A stretch of 64,000 bases of DNA from Bacilli bacterium (GCA_050949315.1 JBMNFL010000001.1:576001-640000); one strand, 5' to 3'; shown: positions 1 to 9,247, numbered from the stretch's first letter. Translations and numbers: made by a program. The notes: generated by a model from the letters alone, not told the origin.

Positions 1-583
1 GACCAGCACCGCCTGAATCAACGACACCAACTTCTTTTAAAACTGGCAAAAGCTCAGGCGTATGCTCTAAAGATACTTGGGCGGCTTCTAAAAAGACCTC
101 CATCGCCTTACCAATAGTAGGAATGGTATCAACATTAGCACTCAAAGCCTCAGCACTTTCTCTTATAACAGTTAAAATTGTCCCCTCTACCGGTTTCACA
201 ACTGCTCGGTAAGCTACACTTGCGCCCTTTTTCCAAGCCTCTGCAAGCTCAACAACATTAACTTCGCTCTTCCCAGCTAAGCCCTGTGAAAAGCCCCTAA
301 AAATCTGAGAAAGGATAACACCTGAATTACCTCTAGCCCCCATTAATAGGCCCTTAGAAAAGGCCTTAGAAACTTCATAGATGTTATCATTTCTAATATT
401 CATTATTTCTTTTGAACCACTGGTAATGGTTAAATTCATATTGGTACCGGTATCGCCATCAGGGACCGGAAACACGTTTAAAGCATCGACTTCGGGATAA
501 TGATTAAAGAGGTTGTTGGCCCCAGAAATTATCATTAATCGAAGCAAGTCCCCATTGGCTACCTTGCTATCAAAGTTCTTCAT
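1..583 (-). CDS. fakA: DAK2-domain fatty acid kinase subunit A (partial, runs off window start)
   Basis: Manual translation MKNFDSKV...LNVFPVPDGDTGTNM...GARGNSGVILSQ...KPVEGTILTV...VVDSGG; GGAGG RBS; canonical yloU-yloV context. Confidence 0.92.
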   Translation of the reverse strand, partial: MKNFDSKVANGDLLRLMIISGANNLFNHYPEVDALNVFPVPDGDTGTNMNLTITSGSKEIMNIRNDNIYEVSKAFSKGLLMGARGNSGVILSQIFRGFSQGLAGKSEVNVVELAEAWKKGASVAYRAVVKPVEGTILTVIRESAEALSANVDTIPTIGKAMEVFLEAAQVSLEHTPELLPVLKEVGVVDSGGAG

Positions 584-601
584 AATTGCCTCCACTGAAA
601 A

Positions 602-958
602 CTAAATTACTTTAGTTGATTGTACATAGATATTTATTGAATGGAAATTTAAATCCAAGGTTTTCTTTAAAACATAACGAACCTTTTTCTGGACCTCAGA
701 AACAATCTCAGTAATCTTTAGGCCATAGGCCACGATGATATAGATATTGATCTCGATGTCATTTTTGGTTTTCTTAACAGAGACGCCTTTGATATAGTTT
801 TCACTTCTTAGAAGTTCATTTAAACCATCACGAAAAGGATTTCGACTTGCTAAACCCAAAACGCCATAACATTCAGTTGCCGCATTACCAACAATGGCCG
901 CGATGGCGCTTGGTGATACAGAAACACTACCTTTTCTTAATCGTTTAGAAACAACCAC
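602..958 (-). CDS. Asp23/Gls24 family protein (YloU-like)
   Basis: ECYGVLGLAS...YGLKITEIVSEVQKKVRY motif; lies between rpmB and fakA. Confidence 0.9.
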   Translation of the reverse strand: MVVSKRLRKGSVSVSPSAIAAIVGNAATECYGVLGLASRNPFRDGLNELLRSENYIKGVSVKKTKNDIEINIYIIVAYGLKITEIVSEVQKKVRYVLKKTLDLNFHSINIYVQSTKVI

Positions 959-1127
959 AAAAGACCCCTCCTAAGCGGTTCTCAAGTATTATACTTTATT
1001 CTATAGAATAATTTCAACTATTTTAGCATTATCTAGGCCTTGAAACGATTTTCCTTGCTTTCCGTGCCCGCAAATGCTATCATGAATAAGCATTTGAAAT
1101 TTTAAGCAAAGGAGGGTTACAAAAGTT

Positions 1128-1313
1128 ATGGCAAGAATTTGTATGATTACTGGTAAAAGCTCAATCAGTGGCAATAGTCGCAGTCACTCACTAGTCGCGA
1201 CGAGGCGGAAGTGGGGCGTCAATTTACAAAAGGTCAAATTAGAAATTGATGGTCGAGTTCGGACCGTAAAAATTTCTACCAGAGCCTTAAGAACCCTCAA
1301 AAAAGCTGGTTGA
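1128..1313 (+). CDS. rpmB: 50S ribosomal protein L28
   Basis: [10 protein letters not shown]...GNSRSHS...[10 protein letters not shown]; AAAGGAGG RBS. Confidence 0.97.
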   Translation: MARICMITGKSSISGNSRSHSLVATRRKWGVNLQKVKLEIDGRVRTVKISTRALRTLKKAG

Positions 1314-1317
1314 TATT

Positions 1318-1340
1318 AAAGAGGCATAACGCCTCTTTTA
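1318..1340 (+). terminator. Intrinsic terminator after rpmB
   Basis: AAAGAGGC-ataac-GCCTCTTT hairpin with T-tract. Confidence 0.75.
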
Positions 1341-1395
1341 TTATTTGCTAGTTTCTTATAAATTTCCTATAATTAAGGCGAAAGAAGTGATAGGA

Positions 1396-2349
1396 ATGAC
1401 AACTTTAGAAATCATAATTATTATTCTGGTTGTTATTATTTTAATGCTAGAATTTACTATTCTTCTTTTTCCCTATGTCATCTATCGTCGTTTCTTTAGG
1501 CGTTACAAACCTTTTAAACGCCTCTCGGTCATTGATTTTGTTCCCGAATGGAAACCCTACCTAAATTACCTCCACGAGGCCAAAACAATCTTTGAAAATT
1601 TAAACCTAGAAGAAATCACTTTAACATCCTTTGATGGTCTAAAACTAAATGCTTATTATATGCCTGCTTCCAATCCTAGTAACATCAGTGTTATCGCTGT
1701 CCATGGTTATCGTAGCGATTGCTTCCAAAGTGCCGCCATCGCCACCTCTTTTCTCCACCAAAAAGATTACAATATCCTATATGTTGAGTTAAGAGGACAC
1801 GGGAAAAGCGAGGGAGAATATGTCGGCTTTGGAGTCCAAGACCATAAGGATCTTTTAGATTGGATCAACTATTTAGATAAGCGTTTAGAACATAAAAGCT
1901 CCATCTTTCTCCATGGTCTATCAATGGGGGCCAATACTGTACTTTTAACTAGCGATTATGAACTACCTAAAAGTGTTAAAGGAATTATCGCTGATTGTGG
2001 TTATACCTCTGTTAAAGATGAACTTAGTTACCTTCATAAACTGGTTTTCCATATCCCCGCCTGGCCCTTTTTACCCCTGCTTAAAAGGATTGTTTTAAAA
2101 CGGGCCAATTACTCAATAGATGAATACTCAACTTTAAATAGCCTTAAGCAAAGCAAACTACCTATTTGCTTTATCCATGGTGATAACGATAAATTTGTCC
2201 CTACTATCTTTTCTCGCGAAAACTTTGAAGCCTGCAGTAGTGAAAAAGAACTGCATATTTTCCCAGGAGCCGGACATGCCCTAAGTCGTTTGAGTAATCC
2301 TGCTCGCTACGAGAAAATTGTTGAGGACTTTATTAAGAAACATAGTTAA
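1396..2349 (+). CDS. Membrane-anchored alpha/beta hydrolase
   Basis: N-terminal TM helix, HGY, RGHGKSEG, nucleophile GLSMG, HGDND and GAGH motifs; ATG at 1396 preferred over TTG at 1345. Confidence 0.88.
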   Translation: MTTLEIIIIILVVIILMLEFTILLFPYVIYRRFFRRYKPFKRLSVIDFVPEWKPYLNYLHEAKTIFENLNLEEITLTSFDGLKLNAYYMPASNPSNISVIAVHGYRSDCFQSAAIATSFLHQKDYNILYVELRGHGKSEGEYVGFGVQDHKDLLDWINYLDKRLEHKSSIFLHGLSMGANTVLLTSDYELPKSVKGIIADCGYTSVKDELSYLHKLVFHIPAWPFLPLLKRIVLKRANYSIDEYSTLNSLKQSKLPICFIHGDNDKFVPTIFSRENFEACSSEKELHIFPGAGHALSRLSNPARYEKIVEDFIKKHS

Positions 2350-2360
2350 TTCTCTAAGAA

Positions 2361-2388
2361 AAAAAGGATTTAATAATAAATCCTTTTT
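2361..2388. terminator. Bidirectional terminator between convergent genes
   Basis: AAAAAGGATTTA-ataa-TAAATCCTTTTT. Confidence 0.7.
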
Positions 2389-2409
2389 ATTCCTTATTAT
2401 TAAATATTA

Positions 2410-2973
2410 TTATTTCTTTAAAGAGAAGTTCCTTCTTGGTAAATAGCCCCCATGAATAACCGAGGCATCACTAGCACTAATCACCGCATTAGGGGCGATT
2501 TCTTTAATAATATCAATGATATGCTTAGCGGTTTTTCTTTCAGCAAAAACTAAAAAGACTTGATTTTCGGTCGCATAACCACGACCCTCTAACTCCGTAA
2601 CACCCACATCTAAATCTCTAATGGCCTGGCCAACTTCTTTAGCCTGTTCTTTAGGGATAATAATTTGTAAAACTGATTTACCAAAAGCTAAGCGACTTTC
2701 AATACAACTACCAAGATAGACACCAGCTGCATAACCTAGGGCATAAATAACACCCTTAAGAGGTGAACTAGAAATGCCTGTTAAAACACCAGCCGCCACA
2801 AAAACCCAGAGCAAGACCTCTACAAAAGAGAGTAAAGATCCTAATGTTCTTACTCCTCTATTTACTAATATTACTCTTATGGTCGCTAGGGAAACTTCAA
2901 TAAGTTTTGCAAAGAAAATAAAAAGAAAAATCCATACACCATTTGAGTTATAAAAATTAACTAACCACTCCAT
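2410..2973 (-). CDS. UPF0316 / DUF5698 membrane protein
   Basis: EVSLATIRVILVNRG...FVEVLLW...YALGYAAGVYLG...GVTELEGRG. Confidence 0.85.
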   Translation of the reverse strand: MEWLVNFYNSNGVWIFLFIFFAKLIEVSLATIRVILVNRGVRTLGSLLSFVEVLLWVFVAAGVLTGISSSPLKGVIYALGYAAGVYLGSCIESRLAFGKSVLQIIIPKEQAKEVGQAIRDLDVGVTELEGRGYATENQVFLVFAERKTAKHIIDIIKEIAPNAVISASDASVIHGGYLPRRNFSLKK

Positions 2974-3075
2974 ACCACTACCCCCAGCTCTATTAGGATA
3001 CCACTAATTAAAGATTAAAGGAAACTATTTTTAATTCAATAATTAAACTATCCATCAAAGTCAATCTATTAATGA

Positions 3076-3960
3076 TTATTTATTATATTCTATCCTAAAA
3101 TAATCTAAATAGGTTTTAAATTTATCTTGTGCGGAAAGACAGGTGTCTAATAGATAACCTTTTTCTTTTTTCCACTCTTTTAAGCCCCGATAATAAAACA
3201 TTTTCAAAGCTTCATCGATGATAAATGGAACAATATTATGTTTTAAACATTCTTTAAACATCAATAATCTTCCCACTCTTCCATTGCCATCTTGAAATGG
3301 ATGAATGATCTCAAATCTATAGTGAAATTCAATAATATCCTGAATGGTTTTTGTTTCTAATCTATTATACCAATCTAATAATACTTTAATCTCTTTTTGA
3401 ACATTCTCTGGTTTAGTGGTTTTAACTCCACCAGCTTCATTTGGTAGCTTTTTATAATCCCCTACAATAAACCAACTTTCTCTACTAGCAGAGGTTCCAC
3501 TTTTTAATATTTGATGAAGCTCTTTAATAAGCTTCTCACTTATATTAAAATTCGCTTTGTCAATAATTAAATCCACACAGTTAAAATGATTAGCAGTTTC
3601 AACAATATCATCAACATTAACAGCCTCTCCTACTAAACCAAGGGTATTGGTTTCATAAATATACCTAGTTTGCTCATACGTAAGACTACTTCCTTCAATA
3701 TGGTTAGAATTATAAGTAAGCTCTATCTGCACTTTGTGATAAATACCACCCTTAAGTTTAACTTTTCTTTCCTCTTTTAAAATATCAAGAAATGACTTCT
3801 TTTTGCTTGGTCTTTTGGGCTTTATGGCATCATTAGGAATCATCCATGTCTTGCCTTTAAGAGTGGCCCCAAAAACTCTACCTTGGTTACAGTAGTTTCT
3901 AACACTGCGCTCAGAAAGCCCCCAGCGCTTGGCGATCTCAGACACCGTTAAATAATCCAT
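3076..3960 (-). CDS. Fic family protein with N-terminal HTH (class II, autoinhibited)
   Basis: HTH MDYLTVSEIAKRWGLSERSVRNYC; inhibitory motif SNHIEG; catalytic motif HPFQDGNGRVGR. Confidence 0.92.
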   Translation of the reverse strand: MDYLTVSEIAKRWGLSERSVRNYCNQGRVFGATLKGKTWMIPNDAIKPKRPSKKKSFLDILKEERKVKLKGGIYHKVQIELTYNSNHIEGSSLTYEQTRYIYETNTLGLVGEAVNVDDIVETANHFNCVDLIIDKANFNISEKLIKELHQILKSGTSASRESWFIVGDYKKLPNEAGGVKTTKPENVQKEIKVLLDWYNRLETKTIQDIIEFHYRFEIIHPFQDGNGRVGRLLMFKECLKHNIVPFIIDEALKMFYYRGLKEWKKEKGYLLDTCLSAQDKFKTYLDYFRIEYNK

Positions 3961-3982
3961 ATGAGCACCTCCTACATATGAT

Positions 3983-4048
3983 ATTTTACCGGATTATCGG
4001 CAATGTTTCAATTATTTTTATCTATTTTTTAATATTATTGCCGATAAT
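3983..4048 (-). promoter_or_regulatory. Sigma-A promoter of HTH-Fic with a 12-bp inverted-repeat operator
   Basis: TTGAAA-17-TAAAAT on minus strand; ATTATCGGCAAT (3993-4004) and ATTGCCGATAAT (4037-4048). Confidence 0.6.
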
Positions 4049-4180
4049 AGAAGTACAAAAAAGGGAGTTCAATTCTTTTTTTGAAATATGAACTTGTTAA
4101 AACATGAAAAAGTTGAACTGGTTAGTTTTTACCTTCAAGGGAACAATAAGGGAACTGGGAGGATTTTTGAGCCCTCTCAT

Positions 4181-5311
4181 TTACCCTTTGATACCATCCT
4201 CATCTGCTCCTTTTGCTGCATTATGTGTTTTACATAAAAGTTGCAAATTATCTACAATTGTTCTTCCGCCTTTAGACCAAGGAGTAATATGGTCTTTTTC
4301 CAACTCATTATAATTTGTTACGGTACATCCTGGATAGCAACATTTTTGTGATTTTTTATATACAACACTTTTATCATCGTCATTAAACAATCTTTTACCA
4401 TCACATTCTATGTTTTCTTGGATTAGTTTTGAAATTGCTGTTTTATGTGTTTCTATCTTCCATCTTTTTATATCATTATCTTTTCTAGTAATTTTTCTAT
4501 AATAATCCATGATTAGATCCTCATCCCACCTTTTTGATACTACAAATGAAGCTATTTGAATAGCTCTTTCATCTGATACACCTGTAATACGTTTAACTTC
4601 AGTGAAAAGCGAGATTACTGAATCAAGATTATAATGTTTCTCATTGAAAGAATTACTCCTAATATCTCTTAGATGTGTCTTAACTTTATTGATTGCCAAT
4701 ACATCTCCCAAAAGCGAAAAACAGTTATATAAAAATAGAATTGCTTGATCTCCTCTATCTATTTTTTTTATATAATCGAACACTTTTGCTTTACCTTCTA
4801 GATATTTTTCAAACTCATATATCCAACGTCCATGAAACATTCCCCTCAATGATTCATAATCAGTTAATGGAACTGAGTTAGTATTAATCAAATAAAATGA
4901 TCGTTCTTCTTCTTCCTGACTTCCGCTTTTTACTACTATATCAAATTCATAGTTTAAAAGCTTTTGTTTTTGATTTTCATCTAGCCCATTATAACTTTTT
5001 TCTCTGCCATTAATTCTAGTTATAACATTGATTTCAGCAGTAGGTTTAATAAAGTAATAAATGCTAAGTATTCTTTGTTTACCATCATGAATATTATACT
5101 CCCCGTTTTTTAAGTCCCAAAAATATAATGCAGGGAGTTGTATATCAAATTGCAAAATTGATCTTATAACATTTCCTGCTCTAGTTATTTCCCCATCTTC
5201 GGTTTTTATCTTCGGCATTGTCATATAAATAAATTTTCTTTGAGTAGATTGGTCATAATGAAGTTTGCCAGATTCTATCATTTCGATTATTTCATTTACT
5301 GTTTTTTTCAT
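4181..5311 (-). CDS. DUF262 (GmrSD-like ParB/Srx NTPase) plus HNH endonuclease
   Basis: STQRKF, IHDGKQR and FYLIN motifs; C-terminal CCYPGC...DHITPWSKGGRTIVDNLQLLCKTHN. Confidence 0.88.
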   Translation of the reverse strand: MKKTVNEIIEMIESGKLHYDQSTQRKFIYMTMPKIKTEDGEITRAGNVIRSILQFDIQLPALYFWDLKNGEYNIHDGKQRILSIYYFIKPTAEINVITRINGREKSYNGLDENQKQKLLNYEFDIVVKSGSQEEEERSFYLINTNSVPLTDYESLRGMFHGRWIYEFEKYLEGKAKVFDYIKKIDRGDQAILFLYNCFSLLGDVLAINKVKTHLRDIRSNSFNEKHYNLDSVISLFTEVKRITGVSDERAIQIASFVVSKRWDEDLIMDYYRKITRKDNDIKRWKIETHKTAISKLIQENIECDGKRLFNDDDKSVVYKKSQKCCYPGCTVTNYNELEKDHITPWSKGGRTIVDNLQLLCKTHNAAKGADEDGIKG

Positions 5312-5921
5312 GTTTCTTCCTCCTGATTACAAGACCGTGAAATCCCATTTCCCCAGTCGATTTACAAGCCGCACGCCTTTCTTTTTGATTCATCCCACTA
5401 AAATCAATGTATGATTGAGCCATTACCATTTCATCAAAAGTTCTGTGATTAAATGGGTTATGTTCAGGATTTTCCGTATTATAATATCCTGCTGCATTTG
5501 TTAAATACCACTCAAATTCATCATAACTTAGGACATCAAGAACACCAATTGAGCAAAACATCCACCCTATATAATCATCTGGAATTGCCGTATGTTTATT
5601 TATTCTTATCGGATTAGTTCCATCCTTCATTGTCATATTTTCCATTTTTCGGTAATCATTTTTGTACGCTTCGTATTTAAAGCCATTTTTCATTTTTCTT
5701 TTATCATAATATTTTTGAGCATCATCATATGATGTTAACCAGTCTACTCCAACTGTCATTGTTTTATATTTATTTTTAGCTGTTGGATTATAAAAACTTA
5801 AATTCAAATGTCTACCATATCCTAAATAACATTCCCTTTTCATTAAAGGAACTCCTATACTAGGATTAACCCTATTTAAATAGGGTGCTAATATTATAAA
5901 ATCAATTTTGCTGTCAATCAA

Positions 5922-5946
5922 TTTTGTTAAAAACTCTTTATATAAA
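5922..5946. repeat. Target-site duplication, left copy
   Basis: TTTTGTTAAAAACTCTTTATATAAA, identical to 7067-7091. Confidence 0.92.
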
Positions 5947-7066
5947 TGTTAGGTTGCAAATGATGTGAGACGTTTCTTACATCTTATCTCACCAGTAGTT
6001 TGAACCAATTCAATTAACTTTTCAAGTTCCACTTCATTAGGTGTTTTAAATTTAAGAACAAGCTTAGGTAAATTGTTGTATCTTTTGTTCCATAATTTAC
6101 CTTGATATCTAAGATCATCGAGGGAATAAAATTTTAAATGTTTATAGAATTTATCTTGATCAATTCGATGACTTCTTTCTACCTTACCATTATGTTGGGG
6201 GGTTCTAGGCCTTATCAAGTGATGATTTATATGGTTTGTTCTACAAAATCTTTCTAAATAGTTTTCATATTTTCTAACATTCACGCCCTTATTTTTGCGG
6301 CGAACTTTATCAGTGAATTCCACACCATTGTCTGTTTGAATTTCCTTTGGAAAACAACCTATTTTCTTATAAGCGAAGATCAAAGCCTGAACACTTTCAT
6401 ACATTGAATGTTCGGCCGTGAAATAAAGAACTCTTTTTCGTGAACATTCATCTAAGATAGTGTATTGATAAAATCGACCTTCCAAACTATCAATTTTGCA
6501 TTCTTTGGGAACATATTTAACATCCATTTGCCATTTTTCATGAACCATTTTGGGCGTATGGTATTGTTTGTCATGCTTTTTAGGATTTGGTTTGTAGGGA
6601 ACAAATTCTTCATTTCTTTTAAAGGTTCTTAGAACACTAGATGGCGAGATATCTATACCATCATGTTTTAATCTAACCCATATTTCAACAAATGATTGAT
6701 CAGGATTTCTTCTGTGGAGATCTAGTATTCTCTTAACAATATTCGCTTTTAATTTATTAGGATGATCCGATAAAGGCCTATGTGATCGATTTAATAACGA
6801 TTCTTTACTTCCATCAAATCGCTTTAACCAACGATATAACGAACTCCTTTTAACGTGATAAAAAGATAGAATTTTTCTTATTGGCCAGGACGAAACCGTC
6901 CTCCTTAAGCAGGCGTGTAATTTTGTTTCAATATCTACTGGTATATAATTTCTTTCTTGTGTTAAAATATCCATGGGCATCTCCTTCTATATTGGTTCAA
7001 CTTCATTATAGATAAGATGCCTACTTTTTTTTATTAATTTTGTCTCACATCATTTGATATTAAACA
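5947..7066 (-). mobile_element. IS481-like insertion sequence, 1120 bp
   Basis: TGT...ACA ends; 25-bp terminal IRs TGTTAGGTTGCAAATGATGTGAGAC / TGTTTAATATCAAATGATGTGAGAC (20/25 match); flanking 25-bp direct repeat. Confidence 0.92.
5949..6980 (-). CDS. DDE (rve) transposase, IS481-like
   Basis: N-terminal HTH; WQMDVK, QTDNGVEF, RPRTPQHNGKVERSHR. Confidence 0.93.
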   Translation of the reverse strand: MPMDILTQERNYIPVDIETKLHACLRRTVSSWPIRKILSFYHVKRSSLYRWLKRFDGSKESLLNRSHRPLSDHPNKLKANIVKRILDLHRRNPDQSFVEIWVRLKHDGIDISPSSVLRTFKRNEEFVPYKPNPKKHDKQYHTPKMVHEKWQMDVKYVPKECKIDSLEGRFYQYTILDECSRKRVLYFTAEHSMYESVQALIFAYKKIGCFPKEIQTDNGVEFTDKVRRKNKGVNVRKYENYLERFCRTNHINHHLIRPRTPQHNGKVERSHRIDQDKFYKHLKFYSLDDLRYQGKLWNKRYNNLPKLVLKFKTPNEVELEKLIELVQTTGEIRCKKRLTSFAT

Positions 7067-7091
7067 TTTTGTTAAAAACTCTTTATATAAA
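7067..7091. repeat. Target-site duplication, right copy
   Basis: TTTTGTTAAAAACTCTTTATATAAA, identical to 5922-5946. Confidence 0.92.
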
Positions 7092-7865
7092 CTAAAAGGC
7101 GGATTTGTTACACATATGTCATAATCACAAAAATTAACATCTTGAAACTTGATGCCCCTACCATTGGCTGGATTATATCCGCTTGCAGTTATACTTTTTA
7201 TTCCCCACTCATTTGCATTTTCAACAAATGTTCTGACGAAATTGCATTTAAGTCTATCACGTAAAAAAGAATCAATTTCTTTTTCTCCAACTTTAACAAT
7301 TTGCATTTTGTTACTATCTTCTAAGTCAAACAAAGTATATGATACCGACTGAATTACATTTGTATGTCCAACAATACTATCATTTTCAAAATTAATTTTT
7401 ATTGAGTAGACATTTAACCCTTCTTCTTCATCCAAAATATCCCAATCACATGGGCAAATGATATTTTTGTTCCTGAACTTATCTTTCCATAACGACAATT
7501 CATTAATGATATCTTGCATAGATGTGTAACATTCATCGTTTGGCTTCGTTCCAAGCGGTGTTGTTTGTCCGGAATCATATTTAATTTTGTTAATTATCTT
7601 TTTTTGCTTACCCATAAATTTCATCACCTTTTCTTTTTTTGATAAAAAGGTACATCTTTATATCTGTTTACATTTTAACTTAAATTATATAAAAATTCTA
7701 CTTATTCAACGATTAAAAATTCTTTTTAGACTTTTTTTGAAGAAATAAATTATTTTCACGATCTTTTCCAAAATCCATAAAGGCGTGGCTTTGTGCTTGA
7801 CCGTTGGTTACTACAACTTTTTTTCATAAAACACGGGGTATAATATTCTAAAAGAAGTTGTTTTT

Positions 7866-8438
7866 ATGAAATATGGACATGTTAGAGCGTCAACTATTAC
7901 ACAAAATATTGAAAGACTAATGAATGAAATGTATAAATCAGGTTTAACTAATGACCAAATTTTTATTAACAAACAGAGTGATAAAGATTTTAATCGCGAA
8001 AAATATCAAGAATTAAGAAATATCTTAAAGAAAATTGTTTTATTAATAAAGTCAATTGTGATCATTTAAGAGAAAGTTATAACATGATATTTGAAGAGTG
8101 TCATTACATTACTAAAACATCTCCCTCAATTATTTCAATAATTGATATGCCACTTTTAGATACGAGAAATGATGCTTCTAATTTAATAGGAAAATTCATC
8201 AGTGATATTGTTTTACAAATTTTATCTTTTGTTGTTAAAACTGAAAGAGAAAACATAAAGCAAAGACAAACTAAAAACACGCCTTATGAAAGAAAAAGGC
8301 ATCCAGATGAGGCACCCTTGATATGTTTTACCTAATAATTTTAATGAACTCGCTGTTTCAAAAATCACATCAAAGGACGCAGTTAAATTGCTTAACATGA
8401 CAAGAAGTACATTTTTAAAATACACTAGTCTAATGTGA
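7866..8438 (+). pseudogene. Small serine recombinase (resolvase), frameshifted and decayed
   Basis: Fragments MKYGHVRAST..QNIER, KQSDKDFNR, IDMPLLDTR..FISDIVLQILSFV..ERENIKQRQ, then an HTH tail DAVKLLNMTRSTFLKY in another frame; the SIDRLGR motif is lost. Confidence 0.85.
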
Positions 8439-8740
8439 TAAAAAACTGTTTTTATTCGGCTCGCACCTTTTAGTTAACTATGCGTTTTGGCAAATTCTCC
8501 ATTATGTGCTTTTGTCCACGAGTTAAAAATAAACTTTTATACTAAAAAGTAGACCTTTTGCTAAAGTCTATTTTTTTAGAGTATAATTTTAAAAAACACA
8601 CCTTTTTTAGTATAAATGAACTTAAAGAATTATTTGTACAAAAAATTAAATAGTGTAATAATGTGTATAGTTATGTTATATTACACTATTTATTGGGCGC
8701 TGTGACTAATTTACTTTCAATATCATTTATATATCATTAA

Positions 8741-8971
8741 TCAACGCAGTTTTACTAATTTACCATAATATTCATATGGCTCACTTTTTGCGTTTTGTGC
8801 ATACGTAATATCCGCTATGTACCAAGAATCATCTGATGTACCAACTTTTTTTACGTGCCCACCAACGTCATGTTTAGCTTTTTCTCCGGTTTTTACTTCC
8901 CAAAAATGTTGCCATGAGTAATAACCGGATGGCAAACGCTCACCTGTGCCGTTTATGTTTTTTATTAACAT
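8741..8971 (-). CDS. Small hypothetical protein, possibly minimal HNH-like fold
   Basis: Strong AAGGAGG RBS; KNINGT...SW..FWE...GGHVKK...WYI......N pattern. Confidence 0.7.
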   Translation of the reverse strand: MLIKNINGTGERLPSGYYSWQHFWEVKTGEKAKHDVGGHVKKVGTSDDSWYIADITYAQNAKSEPYEYYGKLVKLR

Positions 8972-9247
8972 ACTCTTCCTCCTTTCTTTGTTTTTTGTTT
9001 ATCTGATTAATTTTATCTTTCTATTTAAAATAACTCTATAACTCTTCCCAATTAATTACCTATATTTTACAGATAGAACAATAGATTAATTATCAAGAAT
9101 TAATTCACTTCAAAGTATCTAGTATTTTATCTTAAATTTTAGAAAGAATCCAACAATAGAAAACCGTTTTAAACAAGCAATTTTATCTCAATTGGTTTTA
9201 AAATTTTCTTGTTTATTAATCAGAGATTAAACTAGTTTCACAAAAGC

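Larger units (their letters stand above)
5292..7627 (-). pseudogene. EcoRI-family adenine DNA methyltransferase interrupted by an IS (N-part 7627-7067, C-part 5921-5292)
   Basis: NDECYT, IICPCD and DICVTNPPFSLYKEF motifs; removing the IS plus one duplication copy restores an in-frame 396-aa ORF (...NPPFSLYKEFLTK|LIDSKIDFIILAP...). Confidence 0.88.

Noticed and set aside
2974-4180. attR duplication of the tRNA-Gly 3' end bounding the islet
   Set aside because: No copy of TGGAGCATGTGAC or a similar sequence found by eye; the same holds for the tRNA-Glu and tRNA-Gly(GCC) islets
5292-5921. Treating 5292-5921 and 7034-7627 as two independent genes
   Set aside because: They join in frame once the IS and one 25-bp repeat are removed; the last 10 codons of the 7034 ORF are read from the IS end
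8222-8425. 67-aa minus-strand ORF
   Set aside because: Antisense to the resolvase pseudogene tail
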